From the NCBI GenBank assembly GCA_045046875.1, contig JASFYY010000151.1, positions 1 to 15,744 of the forward strand: a stretch of 15,744 nucleotides of DNA. The letters run 5' to 3'. This stretch comes from Verrucomicrobiota bacterium. Its GTDB lineage: Bacteria; Verrucomicrobiota; Verrucomicrobiia; Verrucomicrobiales; DEV007. This document shows positions 7,418 through 15,744 of the stretch, piece after piece. Every line of letters begins with the position of its first letter. Position 1 is the stretch's first letter. The translations under genes and the position numbers were made by a program. Under the pieces are notes generated by a model. The model ran no database searches, had not been told where the DNA came from, and saw nothing but the letters and a program-made list of their open reading frames with translations.

Positions 7418-7471
7418 AGCCTTGGCATAGGAGGAAGCTTTCGCGTAAGTGGAAGCCTGAGCGAAGGATAT
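7418..7471. repeat. Three degenerate 18-bp tandem units
   Basis: AGCCTTGGCATAGGAGGA / AGCTTTCGCGTAAGTGGA / AGCCTGAGCGAAGGATAT; overlapping hairpin GCCAA-AGCC-TTGGC at 7413-7426. Confidence 0.55.
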
Positions 7472-7495
7472 TTGCGATATTCCCAACTCCCAAAT

Positions 7496-8905
7496 TCACT
7501 TCCCTGCCGCCATCTCCTTCACCGCCTTGATCACCTGATCCTCCATGCTCTCGTCCCACAGACCTGGCAGGCCGTAATATTTATTCGATCCGCCGCCTTC
7601 GTATCCCCCTTCTTTCAACACCCGCAAACTCGGAATATAGGCCATCACGTCATTCGAGTAGGCTGCCACCCAGGTTCTCTGACCGCTCATTTCCCGCTTC
7701 AAGCGCAAGGCATAGTCCACCACCACTTCACCTCCCAGAAATACAAAATCAATTTCATTTCCCAGCTTCCACACTTCGACCGGGTAGGGGTAAGTCTTGA
7801 TCAGCGATCCATTTTTCTCAATCTCGCTCAAATAGAGTTTTGCCGAGGCCACATCATAAATATTTTTCGATTTTAACAACTCCTCCAGCTCCGCTTTGCT
7901 CGGTAAATGAGCCAGCTTCGCGGGCACCTCTAGATAGTCCGTTTGCAAACTCGCCTCAAGCACCGACATCGGTGACTGCACCACATCCGCCACCGCTTTG
8001 GCCAGATCCGCGCCGTAGTCCATCGCCAACTCCACCGTTTTACGCGGCAGTGGATTCTGGTCCGCTCCACACCCCGCCCAGAACAAAGCCGTCGCCCCCG
8101 GATACCTTTTTTCCAATTCAATCTGCGCAAATCCGGGGTAATCACCACTCCACTGCATCACGCTCAGACAAGTCGAATGGCAGGCGTATCCAAACAACAC
8201 TGCCCGCACTTTTCCCGACTCAGGATCCCTCACACTCAGCACCGGCACATCATGATCAACCGGCCCCTTCAATAGGCCTTTCTCCCGCCACTCAGGCACT
8301 TTGGAATAAGGTTTATTCTCCCGTCGATTGACCGCAAACACCGCCTTTCCATTTCCCCACTGAACCGTCGCCGGTTTCAGATCCGCCAACGCTTTGCCCG
8401 CCGCATCCACCACTTTGTCATGCAGCACTCCCGCGTATTCCTCGATCATGCCTCGCTGTTTTTCATCCAAGTTCCAATAGTGCAAAGGTCCCAAACAACG
8501 GTTCACCACCGGCCCGGTATGGGTGTGCGAAGTGCAGATCGCAATCTGACTTCTTTCCAGCCCGTGTTTTTCTTTCAGTGTTTTGCACACCCTATCCGAA
8601 GTTTCTTTATCAATCCCCACCAGGTCCAGAGTGATCACCACCGAGCGTTTGCCCTTCGCATCCTGCATCGCCAGAGCTTTGCCCCAGAGATTAGTCAGTT
8701 TACCATCCGCCGGAGTTTTGCGCCCCCCGTAACCTGCCATGAAAATAAACTTATCCGGCGTGACATTGGCTTTGGCGATGCCTATTTTCCAAGCACTTCT
8801 ATCTGTTTTACCCGCCGCATCCTGCTGAGCCCCGGCCAGTGGAACCAACAGCACCCATGCCAAAAATACAAAACCCGCTCCTTTTAATCTACCTGCTACT
8901 TTCAT
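7496..8905 (-). CDS. Secreted neutral/alkaline ceramidase N-terminal-domain-like hydrolase (second paralog)
   Basis: Signal peptide and motifs GIAKANVTP, MAGYGGR, ITLDLVG, TSHTHTGP, VNRR, GPVDHDVPVL, FGYACH, SGDYPG, GCGADQNP, GGEVVVDY, AYSNDVMAYIPS, EGGYEG. Confidence 0.9.
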   Translation of the reverse strand: MKVAGRLKGAGFVFLAWVLLVPLAGAQQDAAGKTDRSAWKIGIAKANVTPDKFIFMAGYGGRKTPADGKLTNLWGKALAMQDAKGKRSVVITLDLVGIDKETSDRVCKTLKEKHGLERSQIAICTSHTHTGPVVNRCLGPLHYWNLDEKQRGMIEEYAGVLHDKVVDAAGKALADLKPATVQWGNGKAVFAVNRRENKPYSKVPEWREKGLLKGPVDHDVPVLSVRDPESGKVRAVLFGYACHSTCLSVMQWSGDYPGFAQIELEKRYPGATALFWAGCGADQNPLPRKTVELAMDYGADLAKAVADVVQSPMSVLEASLQTDYLEVPAKLAHLPSKAELEELLKSKNIYDVASAKLYLSEIEKNGSLIKTYPYPVEVWKLGNEIDFVFLGGEVVVDYALRLKREMSGQRTWVAAYSNDVMAYIPSLRVLKEGGYEGGGSNKYYGLPGLWDESMEDQVIKAVKEMAAGK

Positions 8906-8957
8906 AATATTTTATTATCTGACATCAGCCAGATCTATTCGCTCAATCCAAATTCGA

Positions 8958-11900
8958 TCACTCTCCACCGAGACAAACCAACTTGCCGTTCTCAAAGGTC
9001 GCATAAACCTTGCCACCCTCGATCGCCAAACCCTGGTAAACCAAGGGCGCAGGGAAACGATGGGAACTGGTAACCTTGCCACTGCTGCGATCGACAATGC
9101 GCACATAACCCTGCGACGTGCCGTCCTCCGGATAATAACCCCCGCCAAAAACCACCGCATTTTTGCCCACCGCAATGGCAGTGACCTGTTCGTCCGGGCC
9201 AGCCGAGTTCCATAGCGGCTTGGAGTTCTTCCTGTCAGCGGCATGCCCAGGATTAACGATCAACTGATCATCCCAAGCCAGAATATTTCCCTTCACCCCT
9301 TCGAGGGTGGTCGTCACTCGACGACGATTACCCAACTTCGTCCAATTGGGATTGGCCAGCCCTTCGATGCCCTGATTCACCATTCGCTGTTGCTCGGGTG
9401 CTTTTGGCTGGGGTGGAACCGGCTTGCCTTGCGCCACAGCTTCGCGCTGATCCCTTCGCCATTGGCGAACTTTAACCACATAATCGTTGTAAGCATTTTC
9501 CACCAATTCCCCGGTCTTGCGGTCAAGAATCGATTTCATCAAATACAAGTGATCACCTGCCAGATACATCACGTCATTGGTATGGTCACCACGAAAACCT
9601 TTTTGATAAGCAATCACCTGCGACCACAGCAGCTCCCCCGTTTTTGGTTTGAACGCCCTTACCACGATCCCGCTCTCCGCACCCGTTGATCGTCCGGCTG
9701 AGGCGTATGCGATGCCATCCTCATCCACCAGCACACTCGAAAAAACCGCCCACGGGGATTCCAACTGAGCATAAGAAACCATGCGCCGATCCTCCGGTCC
9801 CATGCGCAATTTCCACGCCAATTTGCCCTCGGTGATATCCAGTGCATAGACATAACCGTCATTCGCCCCAAACAGGCAAAGGTCTCCATAAATCGTCGGC
9901 GGCGTGGTCACCCGGCCTCCGACGTAATATTCCCAAATCACCGCGCCATCCGCACCTCCCAGCATCACCATTTTGCGTCGATTAAGATCAGCCGCAAACA
10001 CATGGCCGCCGGAAGCTACTGGAGCCGTCATCAAGCCTGCCAGCGAATCCTTCCAACTGCCCTCAATATTGCTATCCGTCATCGCCGTCGCGATCTCTTT
10101 CTCCCACTCGATCCCCAGCTTACCACCCGGCACCTGGGTCGCCCCGTTGGCGTTGCTGCGCTTGGCATTGCCCATGAAGGTGAACCATCCATCCGTGCCT
10201 GAAGAAGTTTGCTGACCATACGCCGGGCCTTTTTTCAAACGAGACCCTGACTTCATTTCGTCACTGCTCGGTTCGCTTCCGATCGGGCCGAAAGAAATGA
10301 AACCCGGCACCGTGCCGGGCGCGCACAGGCAATACGTCTGCGCGGTGTAAAAAGCCCCGTTGGCCGGAATCGCAGCAAACATGCACGAACCACGCGCTGC
10401 GCCAAAAGTCTTGATCTGGCCTTCCACTTTATATTTGTTCGAACGATTGGCAGTGATGATGCCATTAACATAAACTTGAGGAGTGCACACCGTCGCCCCC
10501 ACATTGATCCCCTTGACCCCATCCGCCTTTCCCCCAGTTTTGGCATCATATGCGGTGCCTCCAAGATGAACATAACCACCTTGTAATACCGGAAATCCCA
10601 CCCCGCCCTTACGCATCACTTCTTTCCCCGTCGCACCATCCAGCCAAATCGCCTCGCGCCCACTGCTTTGATCCGACTGGGTAATGGCATAGGTGTTTTT
10701 GCTCACCGCTAAACCACCCAAACCCGCCACCCCCACCGCCAGGTGGTCCACGCTCTTTGCGCCCAAGGCCAAAGCCCCCGCTTCCCACAGAATCTCGCCA
10801 CTTTTTAAGTCCAGCGCGATCACCTTTTGCACCCCGCGACCGTCCACTTTTTGATCTTGCTGCCCGCGTCGTTTTTTCTTCAAGGTCTTGGCAAGTTCAT
10901 ATTCGTCCGCCCCATTGCGGTCCACCAGATAAACCCGCCCGTCGGCTCCACGCAGAGAGGTCACCAAACCAGGTTTCTGCCAAATCTTTTTACCACTGGC
11001 CAGATCAAAAGCCTCCAGCGTGCCTTCGGTAACCGCCATGTCCAGTGGCCGCCGGTCAATCCCGGTTTTGGCACCGACATCATCTCCGCCTTTCCAAGTC
11101 GCCGCCACCATCACCCCATCCATCAGCATCAAGTGGGATGTCATGAAGGTCGTCTCAAAAGTCCGCAACACCTTGCCCGTCGCCCCATCCAATTCCAACA
11201 GCTCCTGATCCTTGTTCACCGCATAGACCTTGCCCTTCATTGCCACCATCGGCGCACGAGCGGTGTAAAACAGACCGCCGTAAAAAATCGGCCCCAGTTT
11301 TTTCCGCCACAGTTGGGTTCCGTTCCACGCATCCCGCGCGATCAGATACATATCCTGGGTTTCCTTCGATGCCGCCATCTCGTTAGCGGTGCGTTTCAGA
11401 TTTTCCCGAGCACAATTAGTGACGTAGTAGATCCGCCCATCCACCACTGCGATCGCTCGCGTATTGGTCCAGGCATGAGAATTTTCCTGATTTGTTTTTA
11501 AGTTGAAAGGCAGGTCGTCATTCCATTTCAGTCCCAGGGGAAACTTGACCAACTCATCCGTTGATGCGCCCGAGTTACCGCCGGCATTACGGTAATTGTG
11601 CGTCCAGATATCCATGCCCTGTGGCCGTTTACGAGTAGTGATCTTCCATTTACCATCCGTCAAAGCACAAAGTTTACCGCCCGGCGCAACCGCTTTCAGT
11701 GCAGCGTCCCGGTTAAAATCACCACTGCGTTCCATCACCAGCCCGTTGAGCAAATTCTCGCGGTAGGGGAAAGGTTTGATGCCAATCGCTTCGACCAACA
11801 ACTTGCCGCCCACGCCTGCTTCGTCTGCCGCTTTGGCGATGACTTGAACGGCCGCCTCATCCGGAGCGATGTAGTGAATCACCACATCACCCGTTTTGGC

Positions 11901-12056
11901 CAGATCGATCATCCACGGCTTGAGCTGACCATCTCCGATCACCGCGCAGATACCGTTTTTGGGCAAATGATCCAACGACAAGTCGGCGGCCCGGCTTTTT
12001 TCCGCAGACAACAATAAAAGCAACCATGCAGCAGCAAAAATCAGTGAGTTTTTCAT
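8958..12056 (-). CDS. Large exported protein: degenerate SAM-methyltransferase-like N-domain plus PQQ-like/BamB-like beta-propeller repeats
   Basis: Likely start ATG 12056 (MKNSLIFAAAWLLLLLSAEKSRA|A signal peptide) rather than 12083. Repeats include LIARDAWNGTQLW, LDGATGK, AFDLASGKKIW, ALDLKSGEILW, GANDGYVYALDITEGKLAW, ESPW. Confidence 0.88.
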   Translation of the reverse strand: MKNSLIFAAAWLLLLLSAEKSRAADLSLDHLPKNGICAVIGDGQLKPWMIDLAKTGDVVIHYIAPDEAAVQVIAKAADEAGVGGKLLVEAIGIKPFPYRENLLNGLVMERSGDFNRDAALKAVAPGGKLCALTDGKWKITTRKRPQGMDIWTHNYRNAGGNSGASTDELVKFPLGLKWNDDLPFNLKTNQENSHAWTNTRAIAVVDGRIYYVTNCARENLKRTANEMAASKETQDMYLIARDAWNGTQLWRKKLGPIFYGGLFYTARAPMVAMKGKVYAVNKDQELLELDGATGKVLRTFETTFMTSHLMLMDGVMVAATWKGGDDVGAKTGIDRRPLDMAVTEGTLEAFDLASGKKIWQKPGLVTSLRGADGRVYLVDRNGADEYELAKTLKKKRRGQQDQKVDGRGVQKVIALDLKSGEILWEAGALALGAKSVDHLAVGVAGLGGLAVSKNTYAITQSDQSSGREAIWLDGATGKEVMRKGGVGFPVLQGGYVHLGGTAYDAKTGGKADGVKGINVGATVCTPQVYVNGIITANRSNKYKVEGQIKTFGAARGSCMFAAIPANGAFYTAQTYCLCAPGTVPGFISFGPIGSEPSSDEMKSGSRLKKGPAYGQQTSSGTDGWFTFMGNAKRSNANGATQVPGGKLGIEWEKEIATAMTDSNIEGSWKDSLAGLMTAPVASGGHVFAADLNRRKMVMLGGADGAVIWEYYVGGRVTTPPTIYGDLCLFGANDGYVYALDITEGKLAWKLRMGPEDRRMVSYAQLESPWAVFSSVLVDEDGIAYASAGRSTGAESGIVVRAFKPKTGELLWSQVIAYQKGFRGDHTNDVMYLAGDHLYLMKSILDRKTGELVENAYNDYVVKVRQWRRDQREAVAQGKPVPPQPKAPEQQRMVNQGIEGLANPNWTKLGNRRRVTTTLEGVKGNILAWDDQLIVNPGHAADRKNSKPLWNSAGPDEQVTAIAVGKNAVVFGGGYYPEDGTSQGYVRIVDRSSGKVTSSHRFPAPLVYQGLAIEGGKVYATFENGKLVCLGGE

Positions 12057-12109
12057 AGGGGGGTATTCTAAACGTAAATGCACGTTCCCTCATCCACGCC
12101 GCAAATCAA

Positions 12110-13021
12110 TCAAACCTTTGAGCGAATAGCCAAAGCCAAACCCAACAAAACCACCCCGCCTCCTAACACCTGCATCGGGATCAAGTCCTGACCGAGAATC
12201 CATACCCCCAGTCCAGCTGTGCACACCGGTTGCACCAACAAAGTCATCGCCCCCAGACTAGCCGGCACGCCTTTTAATCCGTAAGCGATCAAACCCTGCC
12301 CGCCCGCATGCGAAATCACCCCCAAAGCAACTAAAGGCCACCAACCAGCCAAAGTATCAGGAAAAATCGGGCCCTGGTGAATCAAGGCCACCGGCAGCAT
12401 CAATGCCGCCGCCACCGCACTGGCCCAGAACAGCAAACGTGGAGCCGAATGCCAACGGCGGAAATATTTGATCAACAATAAATACGTGCCGTAAAAACAA
12501 GCTGTCACCAAAGCAAGAAAATCTCCGAAAACCGGATCACCATCCACTGGTGGCGTCTCCCTAACTGCTGAACTGGCAACCAATAACACCACTCCTCCTG
12601 CCGCAACCAAAGCTCCCACTAAAAAGGCGCGGCTGATCTTTTCCTTCCACACCAACCACGAAAAAATCGTGATAAATACAATGGCGACATTGGCCAGCAG
12701 AGTGGAATTGGCCACCGAAGTATGCTCGAAAGACCAATGCCAGGCGGCAAAATCCCCCGCAAAAATCAAACCAGGAAACCACATCCAGGCTCCCCACCGT
12801 GTTTCACCGCTTTTGTCTCCAGTTCGATCACTGAAAAAAAACACCAGGCCAATCGCCAACGTCCCAAAAAACAAACGCCAAAAAGCCACCTCTATCAGAC
12901 CCAGGTTTCCGATCCTCGCCCCCAGCACCGCAAAAATTGGTGCAAAAGCAATGCCCACCGCACCGCCAACGAGGCCAAAAAAGTGCGGCCACGATATTTT
13001 CTGATCACTTGGGGAATTCAC
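12110..13021 (-). CDS. DMT superfamily (EamA) transporter
   Basis: 303 aa, about 10 hydrophobic helices; motifs VAFWRL, HTSVANSTLL, WKEKIS, GDFLAL, LLVQPV. GTG start. Confidence 0.92.
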   Translation of the reverse strand: MNSPSDQKISWPHFFGLVGGAVGIAFAPIFAVLGARIGNLGLIEVAFWRLFFGTLAIGLVFFFSDRTGDKSGETRWGAWMWFPGLIFAGDFAAWHWSFEHTSVANSTLLANVAIVFITIFSWLVWKEKISRAFLVGALVAAGGVVLLVASSAVRETPPVDGDPVFGDFLALVTACFYGTYLLLIKYFRRWHSAPRLLFWASAVAAALMLPVALIHQGPIFPDTLAGWWPLVALGVISHAGGQGLIAYGLKGVPASLGAMTLLVQPVCTAGLGVWILGQDLIPMQVLGGGVVLLGLALAIRSKV

Positions 13022-13102
13022 GGCAAGCCATTAATAACCGATTCCCGCTTGGACACCAACTTTATCCGTGTCATCGACGAAATCTATGATTCATTAGTCG
13101 TC

Positions 13103-14083
13103 ATGAAAATTTTAGTCACCGGTGCCACCGGCAAAGTAGGTCAGGTTTTTCTCCGACAACTGTTCAACGATGAGCGTTTTGCCCACGCCTCCGCACGCGC
13201 ACTGTGCAACAACCGCGAAGTGGAAACCCACGACCGCCTCGACATGGTGAAAGGATCCATCTCGGAACGGAAAGTGGTCAAACAAGCTCTCGATGGCATC
13301 ACTCACGTCGTGCACCTCGCCACCTGCAAGGAGGTGCCGGAAACCGTCATGGATGTCAGCATCAAAGGCCTGTTCTGGTTATTGGAGGAATCCCGTATCA
13401 GCCCCACTTTCGAACGTTTTGTCCACATCAGCGGTGATGCGTCGGTGGGACATTTTTTCTACAACTACGACCGCCCGATCACCGAAGAGTTCCCCCTGAA
13501 AGCTTACCCTGGATGTTACGCCCTGTCCAAAGCTCTCGAAGAAACCATGATCGAACAGTATTACCATCAATACGACTTTGACGGCTGCTGTCTGCGCGCT
13601 CCATGGATTATGGAAAAGGATGATTTCAAGCTCTCCCTCTCATTCGGCGAAGACGTATTCGGCGGACCGCGCTGGTGTGACCTTGTTTCAAAAGAAGAAG
13701 CCGCAACTCATCAACAAAACTCCACCATCCCTGTCATGCTCGACCCGGATGGAATCGCGGTGACTCGTAACTTTGTCCACGCCGAAGATCTCGTCTCTGC
13801 CATCCTCAGTGCGCTCGAACATCCGGCAGCCCGCCAACAACTGTTCAACATCTCAATGGACGAACCCGTCAACTACCAGCTAGCTGCGGATTACCTCAAA
13901 GCCACCCGTCAACTGGACTGCGTCGGCGTAAAAACACCTTTTTATTCCACCTGGCTCGACAACAGCAAAGCTCGCCTCCGCCTCGACTGGAGCCCCGACT
14001 ACGATTTGACCCGACTCATCGACAGCTCCTGGGATTACCAACGCGACGAGGGTGATGAAAGAAAAATCTGGTATCCCGGTTGA
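13103..14083 (+). CDS. NAD-dependent epimerase/dehydratase (extended SDR)
   Basis: Start ATG 13103 (MKILVTGATGKVG); the track's 12722 start overlaps the EamA gene. Motifs VVHLA, catalytic YALSK (YxxxK), RNFVHAEDLV, QLFNI. Confidence 0.92.
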   Translation: MKILVTGATGKVGQVFLRQLFNDERFAHASARALCNNREVETHDRLDMVKGSISERKVVKQALDGITHVVHLATCKEVPETVMDVSIKGLFWLLEESRISPTFERFVHISGDASVGHFFYNYDRPITEEFPLKAYPGCYALSKALEETMIEQYYHQYDFDGCCLRAPWIMEKDDFKLSLSFGEDVFGGPRWCDLVSKEEAATHQQNSTIPVMLDPDGIAVTRNFVHAEDLVSAILSALEHPAARQQLFNISMDEPVNYQLAADYLKATRQLDCVGVKTPFYSTWLDNSKARLRLDWSPDYDLTRLIDSSWDYQRDEGDERKIWYPG

Positions 14084-14120
14084 ATCAGCCGAACGGTATC
14101 TGCACCCCCGCTCCGCCAAC

Positions 14121-14747
14121 ATGAAGGACTCCCACAGCGACAGCATTAACATTCAAAAGCAGGCCTTGCCCTTGCTTAATATTTTTGTCGCAGGATTTTT
14201 CTTAATCCTCCTCACCCCGGCGCTGGGAGGGGTAGCCATGCTGGTCGGCACTTATTTTATCGACCTGGGCATCCTGCTATTGATGATAAATTCGCTGGCG
14301 CCTGCCTATTTCGCGGCCAAAGCTTTCAACTTTATTCACCTCAAGAATAATAAAACCGTTTACCTGCTCGGCTTCCTACTCGGCCTGCTCTACATGTTAT
14401 CCTGTTGGCCGTGGTTCTATTTATTCCTGCAATCAAGCAATATCGTTGAGCTGAAAACTTCCGGCCTGGATGCCAGCGGGGCCTACTGGCCCTGGGAGGA
14501 TACGGCGCGTTTTGTCGAGTGGATCGATGCTTATGTTTATCAAGCAGACAAACGCATGGCCAGTGTGGGTTTGATGGTTGCGCTGGGCAAACTATTCGGC
14601 CTGGCTTTTTTCAATGAAATACCCGGCTTGACCGGCAAAGCTCTCTACACCTTCTGGATTTTGGAAGCCGCCTTTATCTCCTGGTTTGTCGCTTTCACCA
14701 CCCAATCCAATTTCAAAAAAACCACCGCTCGCTCACCCGCTGAATAG
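14121..14747 (+). CDS. Hypothetical integral membrane protein
   Basis: About 5 hydrophobic segments. ATG 14121 (MKDSHS) avoids overlap with the upstream gene; the start is uncertain. Confidence 0.7.
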   Translation: MKDSHSDSINIQKQALPLLNIFVAGFFLILLTPALGGVAMLVGTYFIDLGILLLMINSLAPAYFAAKAFNFIHLKNNKTVYLLGFLLGLLYMLSCWPWFYLFLQSSNIVELKTSGLDASGAYWPWEDTARFVEWIDAYVYQADKRMASVGLMVALGKLFGLAFFNEIPGLTGKALYTFWILEAAFISWFVAFTTQSNFKKTTARSPAE

Positions 14748-14771
14748 TTTGATTTATTAAAAAATCCACCT

Positions 14772-15743
14772 TCACTCCTGCGGCACCGCCACCATATCAA
14801 TCAACAAACCTCGTTTTTTTTCCAACAACGCCGGTATCGCCACCTTCGAAGCGGCAGGCGGACGTTCAGGATCATAATATTCCGGACGCAACTGGTTGAG
14901 CGCTGCTGAAACTTCACTGTCGGAAACATAATAAGTCGCTTTGACAAAATGACGCAAACTGCTACCCGCTTGTTTCGAGATCAACTCCAGCCCCGAATAA
15001 AGCGACTTCACCTGCGCTTTGGCAGGAGCAGCCACCGCCCCCACTATTCCCCCGATATAAATAACTTCATCGGCGTGTATTCGGGCCGCCTTGCTGTACA
15101 CCGGTGACGCTTTTTCACCTGCCGGGGTGAAATAAGAAACACCATCTTTGCTCGCTGTCTTGCCCTCAGCCGCAGCAATAATTTCGATCTCCGTAGCCAC
15201 TGACGATGACGACCACTCCACGTAAACCACCGGAGGAAGCGGTGCCCCGGCAAAACTCGTTTCGATTTCCTGCTCCACTTTTTCCCATTTTTCCATCGGC
15301 CGAATAAAGGCTTTCACTTGTATGACATTCTCCCGCTTGCTGCCCATACCTTTCAACACCTCAAACAACTGCTTCATCGTCCCCGCTGTAGCTTCGCCCA
15401 ACTCCCCCTTGGCAGCTCTCCCGGAAATGTAAATGATATCACGATCCGAAGGCATCATCGCCGCATCCCTTTCAAAGCGATCAATCGGCCCGCCTTTTTT
15501 AGCTGACAAAATCACCGCATCGCCAGCAAGCACTCCACCTCCAATCAGCTTGCCCGGTATAATCGTCAAGGCTGGCTGACGACCTGCAGGCCACGTTGCG
15601 CTGATTTTTTTTGTGATCGCCTCCAGTAATTTATTATGATCCGCCTTGCCCAAATACAAATTCAACTTAACCACAGACTTCAAATCCGTGTCATACGCAC
15701 GGGCAATGCCCGCAAGTTGCCCAATCAAATCAGCGATCTCGCC
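14772..15743 (-). CDS. Multi-domain RidA/YjgF/UK114-like protein, 5' end beyond the window
   Basis: Frame is open to the window edge (GEIADLIGQ...). At least three Rid-like repeats: SVVKLNLYL..QPALT; IIYISGRA..NVIQVKAFI..TEIEIIA; VIYIGG..HFVKATYYV..RPPAAS..IDMVAV. Confidence 0.85.
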   Translation of the reverse strand, partial: GEIADLIGQLAGIARAYDTDLKSVVKLNLYLGKADHNKLLEAITKKISATWPAGRQPALTIIPGKLIGGGVLAGDAVILSAKKGGPIDRFERDAAMMPSDRDIIYISGRAAKGELGEATAGTMKQLFEVLKGMGSKRENVIQVKAFIRPMEKWEKVEQEIETSFAGAPLPPVVYVEWSSSSVATEIEIIAAAEGKTASKDGVSYFTPAGEKASPVYSKAARIHADEVIYIGGIVGAVAAPAKAQVKSLYSGLELISKQAGSSLRHFVKATYYVSDSEVSAALNQLRPEYYDPERPPAASKVAIPALLEKKRGLLIDMVAVPQE

Positions 15744-15744
15744 A

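Noticed and set aside
827..12017. Many antisense or alternate-frame ORFs (e.g. 827-1420, 3429-3956, 5095-5703, 7840-8331, 10827-11501, 11598-12017)
   Set aside because: Shadow ORFs expected opposite codon-biased genes; no domain motifs.
12057..12083. Upstream start of the propeller protein at 12083
   Set aside because: ATG 12056 gives a canonical signal peptide (MKNSLIFAAAWLLLLL).
12722..13102. 127-aa N-terminal extension of the epimerase given by the ORF track
   Set aside because: It is antisense to the EamA gene and low-complexity; the Rossmann motif begins right at ATG 13103.

Overview
Bacterial chromosomal window with 11 intact or near-intact CDSs. Gene families and mostly SD-poor starts suggest a PVC-superphylum organism, probably Verrucomicrobia (inference). 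Left to right: a short HEAT-like ORF that may be 5'-truncated, a secreted neutral-ceramidase-N-like hydrolase (-), a DUF3127 SSB-like protein ending in DDIPF (+), and a vapC/PIN toxin pseudogene missed by the ORF track. Next is a + strand sugar-oxidation cluster (two Gfo/Idh/MocA oxidoreductases and a TIM-barrel sugar isomerase/lyase) behind a good sigma70-type promoter with phased upstream direct repeats. A - strand run follows: EamA transporter, a 1032-aa methyltransferase-like/PQQ-like beta-propeller protein and a second ceramidase-like hydrolase. The window ends with an NAD-dependent epimerase, a membrane protein and a partial multi-domain RidA-like protein. The most striking non-coding structure is at 5949-6274: two inverted, tripartite palindromic REP-like units enclosing a ~31-bp-period array of GATATCCAC motifs. 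Heptamer and 18-bp degenerate tandem repeats and a possible tiny transposase relic also occur. No rRNA, tRNA, CRISPR array or intact transposase was seen. All family assignments come from motif recognition, not database searches.
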